This document shows, piece by piece, positions 29,128-38,743 of a stretch of 64,000 nt of DNA. This stretch comes from Candidatus Adlerbacteria bacterium. Its GTDB lineage: Bacteria; Patescibacteriota; Minisyncoccia; Phycocordibacterales; SBAW01. Location of the stretch: NCBI GenBank assembly GCA_028286685.1, contig JAQBRA010000004.1, positions 120,300-184,299 on the forward strand. The letters run 5' to 3'. The notes under the pieces were generated by a model, which did no database searches, was not told the DNA's origin, and was given only the letters and a program-made list of their open reading frames with translations. The position numbers and the translations under genes were made by a program. Position 1 is the first letter of the stretch, and the number at the start of each line of letters is the position of its first letter.

Positions 29128-29862
29128 TTAGCGCACCAAGAACGTCGCGCGGGCGGTAACGGATACTTCCTTTTCTATAGTCGAGGTGTCGTAGCTGCCG
29201 TAATCCTCTACATTGGTCGAGTTGGGGGCCATAACCTGCACGACGCCGCTCGAGGAGGTCTTTATCTTGCCGACCGAGGAGCCGCCGCTCTTGGCGATTT
29301 CCTGCGCGCGAGTCTTGGCGTCCGTTATGGCCTCGCCCAGTAAGGAGACGCGCAGCTCCGGCAGCGTCGTTACGTAGTACTCGGGCTGGTGCGGGTTTAT
29401 AGAGTAGCCGCGGGTTATAAGGGCCGTAACGTTCTGGGCGAGTCCCTGCACCTTCTCGACATCTTCCGAAGTAATCGTAATGTCCTGATGCACGCGGTAG
29501 CGGATCGGACCCCCATTGTTCTGGTAGCTCCAATCCTGGTCGCCGGTGATGGTATTGGTGACAATCGCCTCCTCTGCTATTCCCTGGGTTTTAAAATAGG
29601 CCTTAAGCGCAGTAGCATCGTTGCCAACCTGGCCGTACGCCGCCTGCAAGCCTTCCTGCATGGCCGAGCGGTATACCTCTATGGTCCACTTGGCCTGGTC
29701 TGCCTTTATAGAGGTCTTAGCCGAGCCGGTAACGGAAATAGTGTCGTCGCTGCCGCGTGCCGCCACGAACGCAGAGGAAAATATGATGCCGGTAAGCACC
29801 AAAGCCCCGCCCACGACGAGCGCGGCGGCAACGGACGGACGGTCTATAAAGTCCTTGAACAT
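29128..29862 (-). CDS. SIMPL domain (DUF541) protein
   Basis: N-terminal TM helix plus a domain resembling the 26-kDa periplasmic immunogenic protein. Confidence 0.65.
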   Translation of the reverse strand: MFKDFIDRPSVAAALVVGGALVLTGIIFSSAFVAARGSDDTISVTGSAKTSIKADQAKWTIEVYRSAMQEGLQAAYGQVGNDATALKAYFKTQGIAEEAIVTNTITGDQDWSYQNNGGPIRYRVHQDITITSEDVEKVQGLAQNVTALITRGYSINPHQPEYYVTTLPELRVSLLGEAITDAKTRAQEIAKSGGSSVGKIKTSSSGVVQVMAPNSTNVEDYGSYDTSTIEKEVSVTARATFLVR

Positions 29863-29869
29863 AGCGTAA

Positions 29870-30304
29870 CTATACTCTCGGGGTGCGGTAGTGCAAAACG
29901 GAAGTTATGAACAGCGCCAGGGTAACCGTGGCTGATATGGCACAGAACTGGCACAAGGCGCCAATGAGCGTCAGCTGGATGTAGAAAATCGCCCATATAG
30001 AGTAGAGGACGCCAAAGCCGGTGTAAGCCAGGGCGCCCAGCCGCAAGCCGCGCGAGTTGGGGTCGATAGCCAGCAGCACCGAGAGCGCCAGCATGTAGCC
30101 GTAGTATGCCAGGCCGATGTAGGACCACGGCACGCCGAAGAATTTCGAGTACTCGCTGGTCAGTACTGTCTCGCAGCCACCGATGGCGCACGTGGGTATG
30201 AGGTTGAGGTACTGGAAATAGGAAAGGTAAAACACATCGCCCAAGCCGATAAGCGCGAGGGCTATCAGGATGAACGGGGCCAGCGGTGCACGGTTAGTAT
30301 CCAT
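29870..30304 (-). CDS. Vitamin K epoxide reductase (VKOR) family protein
   Basis: Polytopic protein with loop cysteines (CAIGGC) and active-site CQFC. Confidence 0.7.
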   Translation of the reverse strand: MDTNRAPLAPFILIALALIGLGDVFYLSYFQYLNLIPTCAIGGCETVLTSEYSKFFGVPWSYIGLAYYGYMLALSVLLAIDPNSRGLRLGALAYTGFGVLYSIWAIFYIQLTLIGALCQFCAISATVTLALFITSVLHYRTPRV

Positions 30305-30876
30305 TAGTTGAATCGTATCGTCGCGAGCAGATCCTGGAAGTCAGTCCTGATAGGGTCCGTGTCCTTCGCCCAGCCTGCCGTAAAGACGTACACCTGGCCG
30401 CCGCGCAGCAGTGCCACGGCATCGGTTTCGTACAGGCCCGAGTGGCGATAGGCCACTGCCGGCTCCCCGCCCACAACGACAGGCGTCAGCACTCCGTCGG
30501 AAGAAAGCGCGAAGTTAGACCGGCTATCGCTCCTTACCCAATCGGCAAGAGAAACTCCTTCGGCAATGGGGGCGCTCCACAGGGCAATGCTCGGCGGGCC
30601 CTCTCCGTTTTCCACGGGCTGGTAGCCCTCGGGCAAAAGGGCCACAACCTGGGCGCCGTCCTGGGCCAGGAGCTGCGTATCGTACCGGTCGGCCGCATAG
30701 TCAAACGACAAGCCGAAGCCGTTGGGCGCATAGGTTTCAATCTGCGCGCTTGGCGCGGCCGATACGCCGCCCGTGCCATCTAAGCGGCTTACCAGGTATT
30801 TAGAAAAGGCAAAATACGCACCACCCAAAATAACCGCGAGCACCAGCACTGTGATTATGAGGTTTCGGCTTGTCAT
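30304..30876 (-). CDS. Hypothetical membrane-anchored secreted protein
   Basis: N-terminal TM helix, then a soluble domain. Confidence 0.5.
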   Translation of the reverse strand: MTSRNLIITVLVLAVILGGAYFAFSKYLVSRLDGTGGVSAAPSAQIETYAPNGFGLSFDYAADRYDTQLLAQDGAQVVALLPEGYQPVENGEGPPSIALWSAPIAEGVSLADWVRSDSRSNFALSSDGVLTPVVVGGEPAVAYRHSGLYETDAVALLRGGQVYVFTAGWAKDTDPIRTDFQDLLATIRFN

Positions 30877-30884
30877 AAAGATAA

Positions 30885-31325
30885 TTATACAATATCACGC
30901 TCATCCTCCCTCCCCCGTACCTGATACTCATCATAGCCCATATAATGGGCGACCTCGTGCCATATCGTCTCGCGTATGGCGCGGCGCATGGCGACCTCGC
31001 CAGAAAGGCTGTATTTTGCCGCCAGCATTGCCGCTTCTTCCTCAAGCGGCAGCCGGTAGAGCGTAATAGTATCCGGCAAGGTCATCCCCTCGCCATAATG
31101 ATTGCCGCGCGCCGTGTGCGGTATGCCGCGATAGAGGCCCAGCAGTGTTTCGCCTTCGCCCAAGCCTTCTTCTTTCCGCGTGGCCTCATCCGGCTTGTCC
31201 TCGGCCAAGAACACCACATTTTTTATGAGGTGGTGGAATTTCTCCGGCACCGCGCTCGGAAACTCCTCTCCTATCAGTTTTTCAAATTCTTCGCGGGACA
31301 TGGAATAGGATGGGTAGCAAAACAA
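30885..31325 (-). CDS. Zincin-like metallopeptidase family protein (Zincin_1/DUF1025-like)
   Basis: C-terminal HEVAHYMG (HExxH) motif; about 140 aa. Confidence 0.6.
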   Translation of the reverse strand: MFCYPSYSMSREEFEKLIGEEFPSAVPEKFHHLIKNVVFLAEDKPDEATRKEEGLGEGETLLGLYRGIPHTARGNHYGEGMTLPDTITLYRLPLEEEAAMLAAKYSLSGEVAMRRAIRETIWHEVAHYMGYDEYQVRGREDERDIV

Positions 31326-31417
31326 GGTTGACGGAGTGTCTGTAGATTCGACGGAATCGAGGCTAGGGAATTTTCAGCAGAAAATTCGCCCACTCCGGCA
31401 AGCTTCGTTTTACTACC

Positions 31418-31957
31418 CTACTTTAACAAACTCTTAAACTTCGCCTGCACTTTATCGACCTTGGGTGCTATTACCAGCTGGCAGTAGCTCGCGCCTTTGT
31501 GGTTCTCGTAATACTTCTTGTGGTAATCCTCGGCGACGTAAAACTCTACCAAGGGCTCCACCGAGGTCGCGATGGGCGTCTCTCCGTACTTGAGGCTTAG
31601 GTTCTTTATATAGTGCTCGGCCATGTCCATCTGCCGCACGGTCGTATAGAAGACCGCCGGGCGGTACTGCGGGCCGATGTCATTACCTTGCCCGTCCTGC
31701 TGCGTCGGGTCATGGCTCTCGAAATAGACCTGCAAAAGCTCAGGAAATGCGATATCGTCCGGATTGTAAATTACCCGCGCCGACTCCACGTACGGCGTCA
31801 TGCCGGTTGAGACTTCTTCGTACGTTGGGCCACTCGAGCGCTTATGCACCGGCCCGGCATAGCCCGGATCAACACTCTCCACGCCTTTAATCATCCGGAA
31901 TACGGCCTCGGTGCACCAAAAGCACCCGCCGCCAAAGACTATTGTTTCGCTCTCCAT
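31418..31957 (-). CDS. msrA: Peptide-methionine (S)-S-oxide reductase
   Basis: GGGCFWCTEAVF active-site motif; start taken at MESETIV (31957). Confidence 0.9.
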   Translation of the reverse strand: MESETIVFGGGCFWCTEAVFRMIKGVESVDPGYAGPVHKRSSGPTYEEVSTGMTPYVESARVIYNPDDIAFPELLQVYFESHDPTQQDGQGNDIGPQYRPAVFYTTVRQMDMAEHYIKNLSLKYGETPIATSVEPLVEFYVAEDYHKKYYENHKGASYCQLVIAPKVDKVQAKFKSLLK

Positions 31958-32007
31958 ACTGTAATAGTATCCCACTAGACAATCCGCACCAAACAAGGAG
32001 ACGACAA

Positions 32008-32505
32008 ATGGAACCGGCCACTTCAGTAGCGCCCACTATCGCATGGGGCCTGCCCGCCCTGACGAAAAAACTGACCAGTCCGGAAGTTATTAGCGAAATC
32101 TGCGATACGATCTTTGCCGACCTGGCAAAGCTCCGCGACGAAGCCCGCCGTGTCGGCGCCGATACTATTGCAACTCGACACAACTACCCCGGCTCCAGCT
32201 TGCCCTATATCGCCCCGAGCGGCTGGGCCCGGCGGGATCGGAAAGAATGGTACCAAGGCTACTACATTGGCATAGGCCTGGATTGCAGCAAGACTTCCTC
32301 GCTCGGCTTTATGACTGGAAAAGTAGTCGATGAGCTCCGTAGGCGGCTGGAAGCCGCTCAAGAACAGTACTACCGCGAAGAACCCCGGGAAGTCCTAAGT
32401 ATCGGCGGCGCAGTCCATATCCAGGGCGAGATATTCCAAACCAAGGACGGGATCTTCCAGGTCGAGCATACCCATTCCTGGTATGTGAAAATCAGATACG
32501 ACTGA
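32008..32505 (+). CDS. Hypothetical protein (165 aa)
   Basis: ATG at 32008 preceded by SD AAGGAG at -8. Confidence 0.55.
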   Translation: MEPATSVAPTIAWGLPALTKKLTSPEVISEICDTIFADLAKLRDEARRVGADTIATRHNYPGSSLPYIAPSGWARRDRKEWYQGYYIGIGLDCSKTSSLGFMTGKVVDELRRRLEAAQEQYYREEPREVLSIGGAVHIQGEIFQTKDGIFQVEHTHSWYVKIRYD

Positions 32506-32549
32506 TGCGCAGTCCAAGAACTATAACCGCCGGGCTAGCCCGGCGGTTT

Positions 32550-33716
32550 TTATTTATCCTTCAAATACTTCTTCCCTTTCAGTTTCTCCGGCAGATAGCT
32601 TTCCTTGTCGTACAGCTTATAGCCCTTGTGGTAGCCGATATCCTTCATGAGCTTAGTTGGCGCATTGCGGACCCGCATGGGTATTGGCAGGCTGCCCAAC
32701 TTTTTAACATCATCTACCGCAGCAAAATAGGCGTCATAGCTCTTGCGCGACTTCTTAGACTCCGCCAGGTACGCCACGCCATGCGCCAGGTTTATGGCGC
32801 ACTCGGGGTAGCCTATCTTTTCGCATGCCTCAAACACGGCATTAGCGACCACCAAAGCGGTCGGCTGCGCCAAGCCGATATCCTCCGAGGCAAATACCAC
32901 CATGCGCCGCGCGATAAACAGCGGGTCCTCCCCCGCCTCCACCATCCGCGCCAGGTAATACAGCGCGGCATCGCCCTGGCTGGCGCGCATGCTTTTTATG
33001 AAGGCCGATATGGTGTTGTAGTGCTCCTCGCCCTTCTTGTCGTAGCGCAGGTGCGCCGACTGTATGGTTTCCTTAAGTGCATCGGTCGAGAGCTTGCCGT
33101 AGAGCTTGTGCGCGTTCTCGAGGACCGTAATGGCCTGGCGCGCATCGCCCTGCGCCATCTGCACCAGCCACTCCTTGGCTTCTTTGGCTATTTTTGCCTT
33201 TAGCTCTTTTGCGGCGCGATCGATAATACGGCCCATGTCCGCCTCGGTAAGCTCCTGCAGCACAAAGACGCGCGAGCGCGAAAGCAATGCTGAGATTATT
33301 TCAAACGAAGGGTTCTCAGTCGTAGCCCCCACCAAGGTTACGTCGCCGCGCTCGACAAATGGCAACAAGAAATCCTGCTGCGCCTTATTAAAGCGGTGTA
33401 TCTCGTCGATAAATAAAATCTTGGGCCGGTCAAAGCCGAGCGTCGGCTTGTTGCGGCGATTGTCGCCCAGCACGTTCTTGATATCCTCCTTGCCCGAGTC
33501 GACCGCCGACAGCTCAAAAAAATCCGCATCGAGCGCATTGGCGTACATGCGCGCCAGGGTTGTCTTACCGCTCCCGGGCGGCCCCCACAATATAAAGGAG
33601 AAGAGCTCCTTCTTGTCCATGGCCATGCGCAAGGGCTTTCCCGCGCCTACCAGATGCTCCTGCCCCCAGAATTCCTCGAGGCTCGTGGGGCGTATTTTGG
33701 ATGCCAGCGGTTCCAT
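32550..33716 (-). CDS. rarA: Replication-associated recombination protein A (AAA ATPase RarA/MgsA)
   Basis: Walker A GPPGSGKTT and Walker B LFIDEIHRFNK, with a MgsA C-terminal domain. Confidence 0.9.
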   Translation of the reverse strand: MEPLASKIRPTSLEEFWGQEHLVGAGKPLRMAMDKKELFSFILWGPPGSGKTTLARMYANALDADFFELSAVDSGKEDIKNVLGDNRRNKPTLGFDRPKILFIDEIHRFNKAQQDFLLPFVERGDVTLVGATTENPSFEIISALLSRSRVFVLQELTEADMGRIIDRAAKELKAKIAKEAKEWLVQMAQGDARQAITVLENAHKLYGKLSTDALKETIQSAHLRYDKKGEEHYNTISAFIKSMRASQGDAALYYLARMVEAGEDPLFIARRMVVFASEDIGLAQPTALVVANAVFEACEKIGYPECAINLAHGVAYLAESKKSRKSYDAYFAAVDDVKKLGSLPIPMRVRNAPTKLMKDIGYHKGYKLYDKESYLPEKLKGKKYLKDK

Positions 33717-33759
33717 AGCTTAAGTGTACTCTTTTGGCGCAGCGCGGGTACACAAGTCA

Positions 33760-33782
33760 AAAAGCCCCGATCGGGGCTTTTT
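33760..33782. terminator. Bidirectional intrinsic terminator, AAAAGCCCCGATCGGGGCTTTT
   Basis: Perfect hairpin flanked by A-run and T-run, between rarA and the KGG-protein gene. Confidence 0.7.
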
Positions 33783-33808
33783 GACGCCCAGGGACGCAGC
33801 GGTTGACA

Positions 33809-34114
33809 CTACTCTTCGCTGTCATTTTCGTCACCGGTGCGTCCGCCGCCGTGGCTATTCTGCCCGCCTACGCGGCCTGCGGCAACCGCCTTCTCCCTGT
33901 CGTTGGCGAAGTTGCCAGGGTTGTTGTCCTTGCCCTGCGACTTGCCGCCCTTAGAAGCGATAGCGCGGCGCTGCTCCTCGCTCATGCCGGCAAATCCGCG
34001 GCCGCCGCCCGATGAGCTTTGCTGCTCCATTTCGTCGAGCTCACCGGTAGGCTGTCCCTGCTCATCTTGTTCCTGTTGCATAAGCTTAGTTCGTTTAGCC
34101 TGGTAATCGCCCAC
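33809..34114 (-). CDS. KGG-repeat general stress protein (YciG/Con-10-like)
   Basis: GGRGFAGMSEEQRRAIASKGGKS and repeated KGG/GG motifs. Confidence 0.65.
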   Translation of the reverse strand: MGDYQAKRTKLMQQEQDEQGQPTGELDEMEQQSSSGGGRGFAGMSEEQRRAIASKGGKSQGKDNNPGNFANDREKAVAAGRVGGQNSHGGGRTGDENDSEE

Positions 34115-34303
34115 TAAGCCATGCTAGCGCAAGCCGCCTGAACAAGAGGTTAAGGGCGGGAGTATTGGATTTTGCAATTTTTGGATAAGAAAAACCGCCC
34201 CATAAGGAGCGGTAGAATACTCGGCTGCATGGCCATTCGCGGCCGGAGCAGAGCTATTGACGGTAAAGCCTTCTAGGTCCAACTCCTGCGCAGCCGAGCC
34301 TTA

Positions 34304-35983
34304 CTACTTTAACACTTGGGGAGTTTTGGGCAAATCGAGCTTGCCAAGCGCCTGCGAGTACGTGAGCCCCACCTTCTTGCCCGGATTAAATATATCGTGC
34401 GGGTCGAATATCTTCTTAATCTCTAGAAACAGCCCGTACATTTCGCGACCGAACATCTTCTCCACGTAGGGCGTGCGGATAAGCCCGTCGTTGTGCTCGC
34501 CGGATATGGAGCCGCTGTAGGAAATGACCAGGTCGTAGACCTTGTGCGAGAGCTCGTCTATTACGCGGGAGATAGTCGGGTCTTTGGGATCGATAAGCGG
34601 GATGATATGGAAATTGCCGTCGCCCACGTGCCCCGCGATAGTGTAGGTCAGCTGCGGATACTCGGCCATGAGCGCCTGCAGCTTCGGCAGGAACTCCGGC
34701 AAAGTCGCGGGCGGCACCACGAAGTCGTCTATGAAGGGCGCGGTGCGCTTGCCGCGGATTTTCTTGCGCAGCAGGTTGAAGCTCTCCCGGCGTACGGCCC
34801 AGTACTTGCGGGCCGCCTGCTCGGTCGCAGCCACCCGCACGGAAACGCGCGACTTGTTGTGCGCCACCTCGGCGGCAAGCTTCTGCGCCCGGCTCAGGGC
34901 CTCTTGCTGCGTGTCGCTCCTAAACTCCACCAGCAGCACCAGCTTGGGCACGCCGCCCGTCAGCGCCATCCACAGCTCGGGCAAAAACGAGAGGCCTATA
35001 GAGAAGAGTCCTGCCTTCATCTGCGAAGCAAGCTCGGGCAGGTATTTGATAGCAATGGAGAAGGTGTGGTCGTCGTACGACTCGAAGCTGTCGGGCTGAT
35101 ACTTGAGCACCTCCGGCACCAGCTCGCCCAACTGAGAGAGATCACTGACGAAAATAACCGCCATGGAGGAGTACGGCTTGGGGTGCACGAGGCCGAACTT
35201 TATTTTAGTGACAATGCCCAAGGTCCCCTGCGAGCCGACCATGAGCCGGGCAAGGTCCAGGGAGTTTTTGCCGTCGCCCATGTCCCACAGGGCATAGCCG
35301 GAGGAATTCTTTTCCACCTTGGGCTTATGGGCCTCTATGATTTTTGCATACGCCGGGTTGGATAGCAGCAGGGAAACCTGGCGGTACAGGTCGCCCTCAA
35401 AGCCGGGCTCCTGAAGCTTTTGCGCCAGTGCGTCGCCTTCCAATTTCTTAAGGCTGTGGACCTGCCCGTCGGCCAGCACGACCTCCAGTTCGCGCACATA
35501 GCGGGCGGTCTTGCCGTACTTGAGGTTCTTCTCGCCGCCGGAATTGTTGCCCACCATGCCGCCCACAGTATTGAGCTCGCGGCTGGCGGTATAGCTCGGG
35601 AGTTCCAGGTCTTTCTTCTTGGTCTCCTTATCAAAATCCCTGAAAAACATGCCGGGCTCGACTACCGCCTCTTCCCCTTCCAAAGACACTAATTTATTTA
35701 AATGAGCTACCGTATCGAGCACGATGGAGGTCGTCAGCGGGCCGCCGGACATGTCGGTCCCGGCCGCGCGCGGCGTGATATGCAGGTCGAGCTTGTGGTT
35801 TTCCTGCTTTTTGACCGCAACGTAGCGCACCAAGGACGCGACGTCGGCAGCATCCAAGGGACGGACCACCGCCTGCGGGGTCACCTTAAAGAGGCTCGCG
35901 TCGCGCGAGGCAACGTCGAGAGTAGCGGCGTCGTCGAGGACTTCGCCGCGCACGACTTTTTTGAGCTCCTGCGCCAATGACAT
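34304..35983 (-). CDS. FAD-linked oxidase (GlcD/D-lactate dehydrogenase-like, FAD_binding_4 + FAD-oxidase_C)
   Basis: Start at MSLAQELKK (35983). FAD-binding PCMH-type domain and a C-terminal GHVGDGNFH motif. Confidence 0.8.
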   Translation of the reverse strand: MSLAQELKKVVRGEVLDDAATLDVASRDASLFKVTPQAVVRPLDAADVASLVRYVAVKKQENHKLDLHITPRAAGTDMSGGPLTTSIVLDTVAHLNKLVSLEGEEAVVEPGMFFRDFDKETKKKDLELPSYTASRELNTVGGMVGNNSGGEKNLKYGKTARYVRELEVVLADGQVHSLKKLEGDALAQKLQEPGFEGDLYRQVSLLLSNPAYAKIIEAHKPKVEKNSSGYALWDMGDGKNSLDLARLMVGSQGTLGIVTKIKFGLVHPKPYSSMAVIFVSDLSQLGELVPEVLKYQPDSFESYDDHTFSIAIKYLPELASQMKAGLFSIGLSFLPELWMALTGGVPKLVLLVEFRSDTQQEALSRAQKLAAEVAHNKSRVSVRVAATEQAARKYWAVRRESFNLLRKKIRGKRTAPFIDDFVVPPATLPEFLPKLQALMAEYPQLTYTIAGHVGDGNFHIIPLIDPKDPTISRVIDELSHKVYDLVISYSGSISGEHNDGLIRTPYVEKMFGREMYGLFLEIKKIFDPHDIFNPGKKVGLTYSQALGKLDLPKTPQVLK

Positions 35984-36125
35984 TGTCTTAATTTTAGCAT
36001 GCAAAAAGCCCCGGGCTTTTGCCGGAGCTTTTGCTCTTCGCTCTGCTAGGCAATAGAAGCACGTTCGTCTTATATCGCCGTCACTCGCTCGGATACATAA
36101 AGTAGGACTTTTGCTCCTCGCTTCG

Positions 36126-36278
36126 CTAGGCGATTGGGTTGCGGCCCTGGATGAGCCGGATAAGCACCATGACGATAGCGATAACCAGAAGGATATGGAT
36201 GAATCCGTTGATGGTCGCGCCCGTGACAAGGCCCAGGAACCACAAAACAAGCAGGATGGCTGCGATGGTTACAAGCAT
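36126..36278 (-). CDS. lmo0937-family small membrane protein (50 aa), not in the ORF track
   Basis: MLVTIAAILLVLWFLGLVTGATINGFIHILLVIAIVMVLIRLIQGRNPIA closely matches the conserved lmo0937 family pattern. Confidence 0.65.
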   Translation of the reverse strand: MLVTIAAILLVLWFLGLVTGATINGFIHILLVIAIVMVLIRLIQGRNPIA

Positions 36279-36338
36279 ATGTGAAATGATTAAGGATTAA
36301 TGCGTTTACCCTACCATTCAAGCGCGACTAGCCTGTAG

Positions 36339-37616
36339 TCAGTATGAAGCACTGACGGACAAGAGCGCGGCGGCGGACCAGGCCTGGATGCGGCAGGCGC
36401 CACCCTGCCCGCTCGTATGGACATACTCCTTAAAGCCGTGCCGGTACCCAAAGAGCTCTATAGGGGTCTTGAAGTGCTCGTACGCGCGGCGCAGGGCCTC
36501 CCGCACGCGCCGCGCGTCCTCGCTAAAGCCGAAGTTTTGAAGCCCTTCGGCGAGCATTGCCGTATCGTGCGGCCATATCGACCCGTTGTGGTAGGACACC
36601 GGGTCAAAGCGCGGCGAGCGGCTGCTGAGCGTGCGGATGCCGGCCTGCGGCACGAACATATCGCGGCTCATGAGCCGGTTGCGCAGATGCGTCATATGCT
36701 CCTGGTCCAAAATAGCCTCGCCTTGGTAAGCCGCCCAAAGCACGTGCCCGACACTCGACCGTTCGGCAGTCAGGGGCATGCCTTTGCCGTCGAGCGCAAA
36801 AGCGAGGCTTGTCGAGCGCGGACCCTTGCGCACGAATGCCTCGTTAAATCTTTCCTTGAGATCCGCCGCGCGGGCGCGGTACCGGGCAGCCAGGGCACGG
36901 TCATCCTCGTTATCGAGCGCCCCGAAATAATCCGCCCATGCACGCAGCGCCGCCCATGCGTAGGCCTGCACCTCTACGGGAGCTATGGGATACGGCGGGC
37001 GCTCGGCCCGGTCTTCGTAAAAAACGGACTCCGTGCTGTCCATCCAGCTCTGCACCGACAACCCGCCGAATGTGCGTTCCGGATGGAGCGAGTAGTCCAA
37101 AAACCCGTCGCCGTTGCTGTCGCCCCACTCCAGTATCCAGGCAAGCCCGGCGCGGACATTGGGCAAAAGCGATATGACAAACGAGCGATCCTTCGAAAGC
37201 CTCGAATACTCCCCTACTGCCATCAGGAACAGCGGAGTCGAGTCGACGCTGTCATAATTGCGCATCTCTCCGGTGGGATAAATAAACCAGGGGCTCTCCG
37301 AAAGCGCAGTGAGATGCCCGTGATTGTCCGGCCGGAATTCGTGGATAATCTTGCCCGGCTGCTCGCCGCTTTCTATCTGGTGCGAGCGCCCCTGCAGGTT
37401 GCCGAGCGTGCGCAGCACCTTTTCCACGAGGTTCAGGAAGTACTCGTCATGCGTGCGCTCGTAGGCTTTGAGGAGCCCGAGCGCGGTTATGAGGGAGTCG
37501 CGGCCGAATATGCAGCCGTATGCCTCGCCGCGGCTCGAGGCCAATATGCCCTCGTCGGTCTCAAGCTCCCGTATCGATTTAAGCCCGAGCTCCCAAAGCG
37601 GGTCATTGTGCTGCAT
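36339..37616 (-). CDS. Six-hairpin glycoside hydrolase (amylo-alpha-1,6-glucosidase / GH63-like MGH-type)
   Basis: GDE_C-like (alpha/alpha)6 barrel signatures; 425 aa. Confidence 0.6.
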   Translation of the reverse strand: MQHNDPLWELGLKSIRELETDEGILASSRGEAYGCIFGRDSLITALGLLKAYERTHDEYFLNLVEKVLRTLGNLQGRSHQIESGEQPGKIIHEFRPDNHGHLTALSESPWFIYPTGEMRNYDSVDSTPLFLMAVGEYSRLSKDRSFVISLLPNVRAGLAWILEWGDSNGDGFLDYSLHPERTFGGLSVQSWMDSTESVFYEDRAERPPYPIAPVEVQAYAWAALRAWADYFGALDNEDDRALAARYRARAADLKERFNEAFVRKGPRSTSLAFALDGKGMPLTAERSSVGHVLWAAYQGEAILDQEHMTHLRNRLMSRDMFVPQAGIRTLSSRSPRFDPVSYHNGSIWPHDTAMLAEGLQNFGFSEDARRVREALRRAYEHFKTPIELFGYRHGFKEYVHTSGQGGACRIQAWSAAALLSVSASY

Positions 37617-37655
37617 AGGTTCATTTTCCCAAAAGAAACATGAAGGGCAAGGGTA

Positions 37656-38693
37656 TTAGCTGTCGGCCTCATCTCCGAGAAGCTTCCGGTATATCGCCTC
37701 GTATCCGTCCGCCATGCGGCTTACATTGAAATTTTGCAGGGCGTGCTCGCGGCATGCGGCGCGGCTTATGGTGCCTATGTTATGGAGCGCGTCTATCATC
37801 CCCTCCACGTCCTCGACCACGAAGCCGGTTACGCCGGTCTTGATTATTTCCGGTATGGCGCCCCGGTTAAAGGCAATGACCGGGCAACCGCAGGCCATGG
37901 CCTCGATCAGAGTAAGGCCGAACGGCTCGCGGAATACGACCGGATGCAAAAAGGCGCTCGCGCGCGACATAAGCCGGTTGCGCTCCTCTTCGTCTACCTC
38001 GCCCACCCACTTGATGCGCTCACTGAGCCGCGGCTCTATGTATTGCTTGAAGTACGGCAGGTCGATCGGCTCTACCTTGGCCGCGAGTATGAGCGGAATA
38101 TCCAAGACCTGGGCCACGTCGACCGCATACTGCACGCCCTTGTCCGCGGCAATGCGGCCGACATACAGCAAGTAGCCGTCGTGCTCGGCACTGAAGGGGT
38201 AGTGTTCCATGGACAGGCCGTGGTGCACCGTCCCCGCATGATTTATGTTGGGCAGCGGATAGAGCTGCGACTGCGATACGGTAACGATATTGGGTCCGCG
38301 CAGAAGCTCAAACAGCTTGCGGTTCTCGCCGGTAAAGGGTCCGTGCACGGTGGCCACGACCGGCGTTGTCGCCAGATTGGCGATCGGTATCGAAAGGGGC
38401 GCCATATGGTCGTGGATAATATCAAACTCGTCCTGCAGCTCGTAAGCCACGCCCATATGGAGCATGGTCAGGTCGTTGGTGCCGTACAGATCATTGAACT
38501 TTGCCTCGCGCAGCGCGCGCGGGTATACGCTTTCAAGCCGCGCCTGGGTCTGCGAGTCGCCCGAAGCGAAGAGCGTTACCTCATGGCCGCGGCGCACTAG
38601 CTCTTCGGTTAGGGCATGCACAACACGCTCAGTGCCGCCGTATTTCTTCGGCGGCACGCGCTCTGCCAGGGGGGCGATTTGGGCAATTTTCAT
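37656..38693 (-). CDS. Family 4 glycosyltransferase (GT4)
   Basis: MKIAQIAPLAERVPPKKYGGTERVV N-terminus and a C-terminal E-x7-E region. Confidence 0.8.
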   Translation of the reverse strand: MKIAQIAPLAERVPPKKYGGTERVVHALTEELVRRGHEVTLFASGDSQTQARLESVYPRALREAKFNDLYGTNDLTMLHMGVAYELQDEFDIIHDHMAPLSIPIANLATTPVVATVHGPFTGENRKLFELLRGPNIVTVSQSQLYPLPNINHAGTVHHGLSMEHYPFSAEHDGYLLYVGRIAADKGVQYAVDVAQVLDIPLILAAKVEPIDLPYFKQYIEPRLSERIKWVGEVDEEERNRLMSRASAFLHPVVFREPFGLTLIEAMACGCPVIAFNRGAIPEIIKTGVTGFVVEDVEGMIDALHNIGTISRAACREHALQNFNVSRMADGYEAIYRKLLGDEADS

Positions 38694-38743
38694 TGCCCAG
38701 TAAGAGTAACGGCTATGAATGAAGCGCTCCTGAAGGGGCCAGA

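Noticed and set aside
36070-36321. 83-aa minus ORF (MNGRVNALILNHFTYACNHRSHPACF...)
   Set aside because: It is a frame-shifted overlap of the convincing 50-aa lmo0937-family gene at 36126..36278 and has His/Pro/Arg-rich low-complexity composition.
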